Shown piece by piece: positions 28,052 through 39,820 of a DNA stretch of 64,000 nt (position 1 is the stretch's first letter; each line of letters opens with the position of its first letter). Position numbers and translations under genes: made by a program. Origin of the DNA: Okamejei kenojei (Eukaryota); NCBI GenBank assembly GCA_035221665.1, contig CM069132.1:10664001-10728000 (forward strand), written 5' to 3'. The notes under the pieces are model-generated. The model saw only the letters and a program-made list of their open reading frames with translations. It had not been told where the DNA came from and did not search any database.

Positions 28052-28708
28052 AGCTTCAAATGATGGGGAAAGTGTGAAAAATAATAATCAGGGACAGAAT
28101 TAGCAGACACACAGATGACTTTTTGGATAAAGTGTGCATGGGATTATTAGAAATATTATATTTCAATAACTTAATAGTGTGTTTGAATGAAGTAACGGAG
28201 AGGGTCAAAGAGAAAAAAAAGCCATTGATATTGATGGGGAAAATGCTCTTGATTTAATACATTTATATGAATGCAAACCACATAATAGGCTTGCAATCAA
28301 GATCAAGCCTACTCGCTGTAATATTATGGATAGAAAATTGTCTTATTAACACAAAAGAAAGAGTGGACAGGTACAGACCCATCATTTATTTATTTGCTCT
28401 GTACTCCACAATTTGAGATTTGTAATAGAAAAAAAAATCACATGTGGTTAAAGTGCACATTGTCAAATTTTATGAAAGGGTATTTTTATACAATTTGGTT
28501 TCACCATGTAGAAATTATAGCTGTGTGTATACATAGTCCTCCCATTTCAGGGCACCATAATGTTTGGGACACATGGCTTCACAGGAGTTTGTAATTGCTT
28601 ATGTGTGTTTAATTGCCTCCTTAATGCAGGTATAAAAGAGTTCTCAGCACCTGTTTCTTCCTCCAGTCTTTCCATCACCTTTGGAAACTTTTATTACTGT
28701 TTATCAAC

Positions 28709-29895
28709 ATGAGGACCAAAGTTGTGCCAATGAAAGTCAAAGAAGCCATTATGAGACTAAGAAACAAGAATAAAACTGTTAGAAACGTCAGCCAAACCTT
28801 AGGCTTACCAAAATCAACTGTTTGGAACATCATTAAGAAGAAAGAGAGCTCTGGTGAGCTTACTAATCGCAAAGGGACTGGCAGGCCAAGGAAGACCTCC
28901 ACAGCTGATGACGGAAGAATTCTCTCTATAATAAAGAAAAATCCCCAAACACCTGTCCGACAGACCAGAAACAATCTTGAAGAGTCAGGTGTGGATTTGT
29001 CAATGACCGCTGTCCGCAGAAGACTTCATGAACAGAAATTCAGAAGCTACACTGCAAGATGCAAGCCACTGGTTCGCTGCAAAAATAGGATGGCCAGGTT
29101 AGTTTGCAGAGAAGTACTTAAAAGAGCAACCACAGTTCTGGAAAAAGGACTTGTGGACAAATGATACAAAGATTAACGTATATCAGAGTGATGGAAAGAG
29201 CAAAGTATGGAGGAGAGAAGGAACTGCCCAAGATCCAAAGCATACCACCTCATCTGTGAAACACGGTGATGGGGGTGTTATATCCTGGGCATTTATGGCT
29301 GCTGAAGGCACTGGCTCACTTATCTTCATTGATGATACAACTGCTGATGGTAGTAGCATCATGAATTCCAAAGTGTATAGACACATTCTATCTGCTCAAG
29401 TTCAAACAAATGGCTCAAAACTAATTGGCCGGCAGTTCATTCCACAGCAAGACAATGATCCGAAACATACTGCTAAAGCACCAAAGGAGTTTTTCAAAGC
29501 TAAAGTAAGTAAGTAAGTAAGTAAGTTAGTTTATTGGCCAAGTATTCACATACAAGGAATTTGCCTAGGTGCTCCGCCCACAAGTAACAACATGACATAC
29601 AGTGACAATTATGAATGACTCAGAAAACACTAAACAATAATAATAAAACATAAAACATGGTCAATTCTTGAGTGGCCAAGTCAATCACCCGATCTGAACC
29701 CAATTGAGCATGCCTTTTATATGCTGATGAGAAAACTGAAGGGGACTAGCCCCCCAAAAGAAGCATAAGCTAAAGATGGCTGCAATACAGGCCTGGCAGA
29801 GCATCACTAGAGAAGACACCCAGCAACTGGTGATGTCCATGAATCGCAGACTTCAAGCAGTCATTGCATGCAAAGGATATGCAACAAAATACTAA
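28709..29895 (+). pseudogene. Tc1 transposase pseudogene
   Basis: HTH with GRPRKT, WTNDTKIN, QQDNDPKHTAK, WPSQSPDLNPIEH and C-terminal KGYATKY*. Frameshift near 29100 and an insertion at 29505-29650. Confidence 0.92.
29505..29650 (-). mobile_element. LINE 3' tail inserted into the Tc1 transposase
   Basis: (GTAA)n-tttattggccaagtattcacatacaagg..., the same family as 1698-1840. Interrupts the FFKAK...WSILEWPSQS reading. Confidence 0.85.
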
Positions 29896-30494
29896 ACATG
29901 ACTACTTTTATTTACATGACATTGCTGTGTCCCAAACATTATGGTGCCCTGAAATGGGGGCACTATGTAAAAAAACTGATGTAATTTCTACATGGTGAAA
30001 CCAAAATGTATAAAAATTGCCTTTATTAAAATCTGACAATATGCACTTTAACCACGTGATTTTTTGTATTACAAATCTCAAATTATGGAGTATACAGGCA
30101 AATAAATAAATGATGGGTCTTTGTCCCAAACATTATGGAGGGCACAGTATGCTTTTGCAAAATCAGGAACAAAGCATGAACTGATCTTGATGCAGGGTCT
30201 GACTCAAAATGCGAATAATCCCTTTGTCTCTTCAGATGCCGTTTGCTCCATTGAGTTCTTCCTGAATTTTTAACATCCTGGTGAATCACTTCTACATTCT
30301 TCCTAATGCTATTACGTCCTTCCTCTAGATGGACACACAAGCTGGAGAAACTCAGCGGGTCAGGCAGCATCTCTGGAGAGAAGGAACAGGTGACGTTTTG
30401 GGTCGAGACCTTTCTTCAGACCATGGAAGCTTTCTGACTGCTGATCCTGCTCTCGTTATTTACCGGAAACCATCAAGCACGATGCTTGGCAATG

Positions 30495-30937
30495 GCAAGC
30501 CTCAAAACGGCAGCCAACATCATCAGAGACCCACATCATCCTGGCTACACACTCATCTCACCACTGCCATCTGGACGAAGGTACAGGAACCTGAGAACTG
30601 TAACGTCCAAGTTCAGGAACAGCTTCTTTCTTGCAGCGATCATATTATTATTGCACTGTTATTGTTTNNNNNNNNNNNNNNNNNNNNNNNNNNNNNNNNN
30701 NNNNNNNNNNNNNNNNNNNNNNNNNNNNNNNNNNNNNNNNNNNNNNNNNNNNNNNNNNNNNNNNNNNNNNNNNNNNNNNNNNNNNNNNNNNNNNNTATAC
30801 ACGATGAACTTTTATTTTCTCTGTCTCGTTAATCATATTATTTATTATGATTACATATTCTGTTGTGCTGCTGCAAGTAAGAATTTAATTGTTCTATCTG
30901 GGACATATGACAATAGAACACTCTTGATTCTTGACTT
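30495..30937 (+). mobile_element. Rex1/Babar-type LINE 3' fragment spanning an assembly gap
   Basis: AANIIRDPHHPGYTLISPLPSGRRYR; tail ctcttgattcttgac. Confidence 0.75.
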
Positions 30938-32657
30938 AGGTAGATGAAGGAGGAAGAAGGCATCGACCACAACAAGAGGATGGGTGCAAGAGGGCACAAA
31001 CCTAAGTAACAAATTGAAGTGCATGTTCTCACTGGATAAGGGGGAGCCAAAAGAGGATCTCACTGGAAATATTTCAGATCATTAATAATATTGACAAGTT
31101 TGTCCCTGAGCGAGTGCTTCCCACGGCTCTGAGAAAGGATATAAATGGGCAGAGCAATTCTACCGGGGGATGTTTGGCACAGACTCTCAAGGTGTCAAGG
31201 GTTACGGAGAGAAGGCAGCAATATGGGATTAGGAGGCAGAGATCAGCCATAATTGAATGGCAGAGTAGACTCGATGGGCCGAATGGACTAATTCTACTCC
31301 TTTCACTTGTGAACTTGTGATCCTGTATTTTTATGTCATAGAAACATAGAAAATAGGTGAACAAGTAGGCCATCCGGCCCTTTGAGCCAGCACCGCCATT
31401 CAATATGATCATGGCTGATCATTCAAAATCAGTACCCCGTTCCTGCTTTCCCCCCATATCCCTTGATTCTGTTGGCCCAAAGAGCTACATCTAACTCTCT
31501 TGAAAACATCAGGAGAAGTGATAAAAAATGATAACATCAGTTATTTCAAGCACGAAACGTGGTCGTGGTCAGGTCAGGTCGCGGGGGGAGTTTCCCCCGC
31601 CACGGGTACCATGCAATCCCGCGCTTCCTGCTCCATGGGCAGATAGTTGGCGACTAAACCGTCACCCCCCACCTGGTTTGCCAGGCGAGGAGGGGATTGT
31701 GGACCCCCAGCAGGACCAAAAACATAACCTGTCAAAGGGCGGATGAACCAACGGCCATCCACACTTCAGTAGATGTTGCGATCACTGTCGTACGTAGCAT
31801 TGTAAGGAATGATGTTAAAGCACACACACCAAAATCCTATACTTCCAGTGGCGGAAGTCCGCAGCAACTGGAGGACAGAGATGTGTGGTGCGTCCGTCAC
31901 CGTTCCCATCGGAAACCAGCACCACTGCATCGCTAATAATAATAAGCTGCACAGGAGGAACATCATGCGTCCTGGCTCCTCTGCAGAACAAGGTCTTATC
32001 TCCTGGAAAAAAAGGGAAGATAGACACAAAATGCTGGAGCAACTCAGCGGGACAGGCAGCACCTCCGGAAAGAAGGAACGGGTGACGTTTTGGGCCGAGA
32101 CGCTTCTTCAGAGATAAGTAATAAACAATCCACATGCTGACTTCAAATCATGTACTCCAAATTCGACAAAATAAAAATCATTCATGTTCCGATGTTCCAG
32201 CAACATCACCAAAAGAACTGCTGCCGTTAATAATTAAAATATACATGGATTCTGTACTGCATGTGTTAGACTTTAACAGATTGCCTTTGGATTTTATATA
32301 AATAATAATTATGAGAGAGCCATTGCCTTCTAATATTTACACTACGGAGTGTTAAAAGACTTAAATGATTTTTACTGGGCCAAGTAAAATCATAGGCCTG
32401 GCACACAGCATTGTGAGTGTGCCGAATAATATATTCATTGCCTCGTCTTTACTTCATTAACTAACTGGAATATGGACAAAGACACAAAGTGCTGGAGTAA
32501 CTCAACGGGTCGGGCTTCATCCCTGGAGAACATGGATTGGTGACTTTTCGGGTCGGGATCCTCCCTCACACAGAATGCGCTTGGGAGAATTACAGATGCC
32601 GGTACCTATTGGTTAAATGTTGCAACTGACAAACACATTGCTCTAATGGGTGAAACT

Positions 32658-33375
32658 TAGAAACATAGAAAATAGGCGCAGGAGTAGGCCATTCGGCCCT
32701 TCAAGCCTGCACCGCCATTCAATATGATCATGGCTGATCATCCAACTCAGTATCCTGTACATAGAAACATAGAAATTAGGTGCAGGAGCAGGCCATTCAG
32801 CCCTTCGAGTCTGCACCGCCATTCAATATGATCATGGCTGATCATCCAACTCAATATCCAGTACCTGCCTTCTCTCCATACCCGCTGATCCCCATAGCCA
32901 CAAGGGCCACATCTAACTTCCTCTTAAATATAGCCAATGAACTGGCCTCAACTACCTCTGTGGCAGAGAGTTCCAGAGACTCACCACTCTCTGTGTGAAA
33001 AAAGTCTTTCTCATCTCGGTCTTAAAGGATTTCCCCCTTGATCCTTAAGCTGTGACCCCTTGTCCTGGACTTCCCCAACATCGGGAACAATCTTCCTGCA
33101 TCTAGCCTGTCTAACCCCTTAAGAATTTTGTAAGTTTCTATAAGATCCCCTCTCAATCTCCTAAATTCTAGAGAGTATAAACCGAGTCTATCCAGTCTTT
33201 CTTCATAAGACAGTCATGACATCCCAGGAATCAGTCTGGTGAACCTTCTCTGTACTCCCTCTATGGCAATAATGTTCTTCCTTAGATTTAGAGACCAAAA
33301 CTGTACGCAATACTCCAGGTGTGGTCTCACCAAGACCCTGTACAACTGAAGTAGAACCTCCCTGCTCCTATACTT
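32658..33375 (-). mobile_element. CR1 LINE 3' end with a tandemly duplicated tail
   Basis: Same family as 61840-62342; the ~100-bp tail appears twice (32658-32760, 32761-32865). Confidence 0.9.
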
Positions 33376-33584
33376 AAACTATATAAGTGAAACTTAAACT
33401 ATATAAACCCAGTCTTTGAAATACTTTTTCTGCCCATCTCTCACACAAGTTTCCAGGATCATTTATTGCCCCACCTCTATCGGTCAAAAGTTGGTATATA
33501 AACAAAGCTGCCTTTTGGTTTAAATGGATGAATTAGTCATAATTGTGGAAGTGCTCTAGCTTCTGCTTCAGGTTAAAAAAAATG

Positions 33585-33893
33585 GCGGCACGGTGGCGCA
33601 ATGGTAGAATTGCTGCCTTACAGCGCTTACAGCGCCGCAGACCCAGGTTCGATCCTGACTACGGGCACTGTCTGTACGGAGATTATACATTCCCCCTGTG
33701 ACCGCGTGGGTTTTCTCTGAGATCGGTTGCCTCCCACGGCCCAAAGACGTACAGGTTTGTAGGTTGATTGGCTTGGTATAAATTGTCCCTAGTGTGTGTA
33801 GGATAGTGTTGCTGTGCTGGGATCGCTGGTCGGCGTGGACACGGTAGGCTGAAGGGCCTGCGTAAGCGCTGTATTTCTAAACTAAACTAAAAA
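33585..33893 (+). mobile_element. HE1-type SINE
   Basis: ggcggcacggtggcgcaatggtag...ggttcgatcc...ctaaactaaac. Confidence 0.88.
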
Positions 33894-36119
33894 CTGCTTG
33901 AAAAAAAGGTATGTGCATTTAATTGCCACTACTAAGTGAAATGAATGAGAAATGTATCTCCATAGGAAAAGGCAAACTAGAAATTAGAGGAAAATTGAAA
34001 GAGAATAATTGGGAACAATCCCAACAATGCATTGCATTGTACTCGACTGACATGCCTGCCTGCATTAAAGTGTTACGCTCTGGAGAAGTGGTTTCGTTTA
34101 ACTAATCGAGCGCCATTTCTCTGAAGAGAAATGCTCCCCTTTCAAAGTCCTTTCCCGGTTTACTTCCCAAACCAATGTGCTTCTTTAAGAGGTGTAATTA
34201 TCTTCAAGCAATGTATTCAACCTTCCAATAACCTGCAAATCCAAACATAGTTTCAGACATCCTTTTTCTCCCATTATTGCTCCGGGATTGCTCTATGTAT
34301 AAACACAGAGCGAAAAATAGAAATGCGAGGTAGGCAAATTGGAACTGCAAAAAAAAACCCACGTTTAACATTTTAGGTGGAACCTTTTATCAGATTCCCA
34401 AAGTTTATGGAAAAAAAAAAAAATCGCTGACCTATTGTTTTCTGATGCATTTTCTATTCTGCAACAACTATTCAGGCTGAATACATGACATTTGGACGAA
34501 ACAAAAAATATATACTGTCAAGATAGAACAGGAGACATCCACCAAACTATTAGGTTCATGTCTTTGGAAAGTGTGGGCGTATTTTTTATTTCAGAAAAGG
34601 TCTTTGTTTGAAAATTATAGACATGCAAGATTGATAGGCTAAAAATAACAGCTCCTAGCGAGAAAAAGTTTGGAAATAATTGGAAGCCATATTGGATATA
34701 TTTGTGATAATTATCGAAGATGAAAAGAGGGGCTGATTATTTACGATGTATTGGAAATGCTGTTGCCTGGAACTGCATTTTTATATAGTATGAACTGGAA
34801 AATATATGTCACTTAATCATTAACAGATGCTTTCGAGAAAATATTACAATTCAAAACGGACACACGGTATTAAGAATAATTGGGACACCTAGTTACTGGT
34901 GAAGTTTGTGCCTTATATAATCGAATGAGCAAAATATGATGCCAAGCTCAAATGGTTAATGGGGTAAGACAAGAGTGTAAAAACATTATGAAAGGAAAAT
35001 TAATTCTTTTGTTACCTAGTGGAATGTGAGATTACACACCTCCCTGGTGTCATATGCCCAGTTTGCGGCTTGCTTGGAATTACTTCCAACTGTGTTCACA
35101 GAGCATTAAAATGCATTTTAGTGCTCCGGAGAAAACCAAAATCAAAACCTTTTCCATCTATCTACGCGGCACTTCCCACTTTCCTTTAATTCTCAGGACA
35201 TCCAGTTTTACATTTTAACCAACAATGCCCGGCCTTCATGGCTCTGATCAACATAAAAATCTGATAAACATTAAAAACACGCCTTTTGCACACATGTCCT
35301 TGCTGACTAATCAACAACAGATGATATTTTCTCCAGTACAGCCAGTTGGTGGTTCCCCCTTAAACTATTCACAGCAAACCAATAACCATAGTCACACAAG
35401 CTAAATCATGCAAAAGAGCTCCAAGTCAACTGCAAGCAAGCAGGGACAAAGATTTAATCCCTTTATAAGCAGTTAAAATTAATCCAATATCAGAAAACTG
35501 TAAATGCAGGCAGTGAGAATTAAATATTTATCACAGCCAAAAACATTTTTAGATCCGTGCAGAATTAACCTAAAGATCAAAGACAAAATTTATAAAAGCT
35601 TTTTCAAAGAAATTTTTGAAAGGACAATGCTGCAATTTAATTTTAGAAGAGCTTTTAGCATCTGACTAATGGTACAGCTTAGAATGAAAGAGGTCTTATC
35701 AGTATTTGCAAGACCAATCTTGACAGCAAACAAATTCTTACCAATCCTGCACTATCATAAATTTCTAAACATAATTACGACAGATTAAAGACATTTCTGA
35801 ATATTATAATCTCTTTCCCAAGCACAAGTTTACAATTAAGATCTTATTTTGACAAAACAACTTTTATTTTATTAATAAAAAAGGAACTGGAGATGCTGCT
35901 TTATACCAAAGTTATTCACAAATTGCTGGCGGGTCAGGCGACGTCTCTGGGGAACATGGATAGGTGACGTTCCTGGAAGGGATATTCTTCAATTATATTT
36001 TTAAGTTAAATTTGTTCAAATACAATAAATGATCTGGGGTCTAATATGGTAGAGTATTGTTTCTGGACATGCTAAATTATGCCAACGGCTATTTTGGACA
36101 GAGAATGAAACATCTAGTC

Positions 36120-36950
36120 TGGTTTAGTTTAGTTTAGTTTAGTTTGTAGAGATACAGCACGGAAACAGGACCTTCGGCCCACTGACCCCGCGCTGACCAA
36201 AGATCCTATAGCGGAGCAAGATAGACCACTCCTTCTAAATGCAATGGGCTGACGTGTAGTACGCAACGGAGTGGAACGTGGGCCTTTTTTTCATCCATTT
36301 CCGTAACCCGACCGGACCCGACCCGACGAGCAGTGTAATCAACGTTACGGGGGAACAGTTTGTGTTAATAAATTTAAAATTCTGAAAATGAGGAGAAGAT
36401 TTTTACCAAATAACTTTTTACGGGGATGTTTCCGTAACCGGCTTCCGTCTCTGCACTATTATCCTATGGGATCTTTGGTGCGGAGACGGAAGCCGGTTAC
36501 GGAAATGGGGCCGAAAATTACCCATGAATCTGCCCATGACCGTACTACGTCTTTTTCGTCGAGTGGGCTATCTTGCTCGCTGTAGGATCTTTGACACTGA
36601 CCAGCGATCCCCGCACATTAACACTATCCTTCAGATACTTGGGATAACTTACAGAGCCCAATTAACCCACTGTGATGGATGTTTGTGTAAATTATGTTGG
36701 TTGTGTGTCTTGTTCTTGTCCCTGTTGTATGACTGCAGAAACCAAATTTTGTTTGAACTTCATCTGAGGTTCAAATGACAATAAATAATTGTATTGTATT
36801 GTCTTTGGAATGCGGGGGGGAAACCGAAGGTCCCGGAGGAAACCCGCGCAGGTCACAGGGAGAAGGTACAAACTCTGTACAGACAGCACCGGTAGTCAGG
36901 ATCGAACCTGGTTCCCTGGCACTGGAAGGCAGTAACTCTACCGCTGTGCC
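36120..36950 (-). mobile_element. HE1-type SINE interrupted by a MITE (36198-36593) and a LINE tail (about 36670-36800)
   Basis: The SINE sequence resumes colinearly across both insertions. Confidence 0.8.
36198..36593. mobile_element. MITE with 8-bp TSD (hAT-like)
   Basis: ~33-bp TIRs caaagatcctatagcggagcaagatagaccactc / gagtgggctatcttgctcgctgtaggatctttg; TSD gcgctgac / acactgac (6 of 8 match) inside a SINE. Confidence 0.82.
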
Positions 36951-37139
36951 TCCCTATTCATAGACTATTTAGTAAATTGTTGTTTATAATGATCTGCAAC
37001 GCTGAAAAATTGGTTATGAAGAAGATATGCTGAATAACGGATATTGATTACAAATCAAAGGCAATTCTAAGTTGTTCAGACCATATGTTGACTTGGTAAG
37101 CATCTGCACTACCAGCTTGTAGTGCACAGAGGCACAACT

Positions 37140-37640
37140 TTGTACATCACAGCCTGGTTTGGGACCAGCTCCATCCAAGACCTCAAAAAATTGCAGCGGA
37201 TTGTGGACGCAGCTCAGACCATCACACAAACCGACCTCCCTTCCATTAACTCCATTTATACCTCACGCTGCCTTGGCAAGGCCAGCAGCATAATCGAGGA
37301 CGAGTCACACTCTGGCCACTGCCTCGTCTCCCCTCTCCCATCGGGAAAAGTGTGAAAATGCACACCTCCAGATTCAGGGACAGTTTCTTCCCAGCTGTTA
37401 TCGGGGAACTGTGCCATCCTACAGCAATTAGAGAGCAGTTCAGAACTACTATCTACCTGATTGGCGACCCTCGGACTATCTTTGCTGGCTTTATCTTGCA
37501 CGAATTGCTATTCACGTTATCATGTATCAGTACACTGCGATTGGCTCGAGTGTAATCACGTATTGTGTTTCTGCTGACTGGTTAGCACGTAACAAAAACT
37601 TCTCGCTGTACCTCGGTACACGTGACAATAAACTGAATTT
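37140..37640 (+). mobile_element. Rex1/Babar-type LINE 3' fragment
   Basis: ITAWFGTSSIQDLKKLQRIVDAAQTIT...; same family as 41975-42812. Confidence 0.85.
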
Positions 37641-37842
37641 TCCTGATCGCTGCACCTCTTTTCACAAACAATCAGAACACATTTGCCTACAAGAGGATTG
37701 TAGAAATGGACATTGAACAAATGTAATGGAAGAAGAATCTTTGGTCGATTTGGTGATGGAAGGTTGGTAAAATGTGACAATCAGGCTAACCTCTCCATCT
37801 TCACTGCTCTACCCACCCTCTTCATTTCCATCCACACCTGTA

Positions 37843-38170
37843 GCCCTGTCCCATGGTACGAGTTCATTCCAAGAGCTCTCCCGAGATTAAAAAAAAATCA
37901 AACTCGTGGTAAGCACGGAGAATGAACGTAGCGGGTTCGTCGGAGCTCGGGGACGTCTCTTAGTGGCTCGTAACGCTAACGGCGGGTACTCGGGAAGACT
38001 CGCCAACTGCAGGTACGCAGGGGAAGATGTGAAGATTTTTCAACATGTTGAGAAATATCCACGAGAGCCTCGAGTACCGACGAGTGGCCATTGCCGTAAA
38101 TCTCCGAGTTCGAATCAGGGCAAACTCGGGAGAACCCTTGGAATGAACTCGTACCGTGGGACAGGGCTTT
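37843..38170. mobile_element. MITE of the CTGTCCCAC-TIR family
   Basis: gccctgtcccatggtacgagttcattccaag / cttggaatgaactcgtaccgtgggacagggc; interior homologous to 23821-24122. Confidence 0.85.
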
Positions 38171-39519
38171 TACAATCCTGCCACCAGGGACATGAATGAA
38201 TCTAATACTGAGTAACAAGTTACGTACGCAGATTTACTAAGTACTTTATCACAAGACAGATTACCAGCAAACTATATTCATATAATAGATTGGAAAAATA
38301 TATAATCACAGCTGAAGCTGAAAGATCTGATTAATAATAAGTCTAATCACCAAGCATGCTCAGTCACGTTGGAGCGTTTGAAAATGAAGTTAACAGATTA
38401 GTTCTTCAAAAATGTAGAAACTGCTACTATGCTGAATAATATGTTGAAATCTCATCACCTTGAGGAAAACCATGCAAATCCCACAGGGAGTGGAGAGAAG
38501 GGCCAGGAGCTCAAATCCAGCTTCAGTACCCAAGATCTAAACTGGGCGTTAAAGCGAAAGCTCTTTAACCTTGAGTTGAGGCTTGTAAAAAAGGGTAGGT
38601 GTACAGAGGTGAATGACGATAAGCAGAATAAAGTGAGCAAATTGAAGCACTGTTTTAAATTAAATTAGTCTGCAAGCTATTTTCGGAAACTGAAGTTGGA
38701 GAGCACTTTGTCCGGTTCAGATAACAAGAGCATACATTTCAGTCAACTTTCAATAGGAAATCAGGGTCTTGTGAAAACGGCTGGGGAGTGTGTTCGGCCA
38801 CATTTACACTTTGCAACAGTAGTGTCCCACTGCAGGAAGTCATTGGAAGAAGGAAGTCAATGCTACTGCTCTGTTCAATATCCGATGGGTGTTTGTTACA
38901 AAGGATTCTCGCCGATGAATCCATGGAAATCTGGGGATGCGGCTGTTGGCCGTTCGGAAAACGGGATTTGAATGGCACAAACTGTGACCACATAGCATGT
39001 CATATTTCACAGTTTAGAGATAGACACAAAATGCCAGAGTAACTCAGCGGGACAGGCAGCATCTCTGGAGAGAAGGAATGGGTGAAGTTTCGGGTCGAGA
39101 CCCTTCACCAGACTGAGAGTCAGGGGAGAGGGACATAGAGATATGGAAGGGTAAGGTGTGAAAATGAGAGATCAAAGGGGACCAAAAAAAAGGAAAATGT
39201 AGAATGGGTCATTATTAGCTGAGGGGAAGGTGACAACGAGGCATGCAATCAGTAAAATGTTATCAGGAGGACAGTAGAAGTAGTCGGAGAACTAGAATGT
39301 GGGAGGGATGGGGAGAGAGGTAAAGCAATGGTTATTTGATGATCTGCTTAGTCTGTAGAATTGAAACCCAGCATAGTTCTCCTTCACATCTTTACTGAGA
39401 TTCTCCTCAAGTGTTATGCAGTTCAACTACTCCTGCGTTAGCAACTCCAAAAGTGGTTTGATTATCAGCCCATTCTCAACCACAAACTCGCATAATGCTG
39501 TGCACTGCCCACCCTATGG

Positions 39520-39820
39520 TGGCATGGTTGTGCAGCGGTAGGGTTGCTGCCTTATAGCGCTTACAGCTGTAAGGTTTGATCCCGACCACGGGTGCTTGTC
39601 GGCACGGAGTTTGTACGCTCTCCCCGTGACCTGCGTGGGTTTTCTCCGAGATCTTCGGTTTCCTCCCACACTCCAAAGGCATACAGGCATGTGGGTTAAT
39701 TGGCTTGGTAAATGTAAAAAATGTTCCGAGTGTGTCAGATAGTGTCAACATGCGGGGATCGCTGGTCGGCGCAGACCCGGTGGGCCAAATGGCCTGTTTG
39801 CTCGCTGTATCTCTAAATTA
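39520..39820 (+). mobile_element. HE1-type SINE
   Basis: A/B boxes, core and tail. Confidence 0.85.

Larger units (their letters stand above)
28374..30147 (+). mobile_element. Tc1-family DNA transposon (IR/DR type), decayed
   Basis: ~200-220 bp TIRs (28374-28572 and 29926-30147) containing the repeated CCATAATGTTTGGGACA motif; TA on both flanks; transposase inside. Confidence 0.93.
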
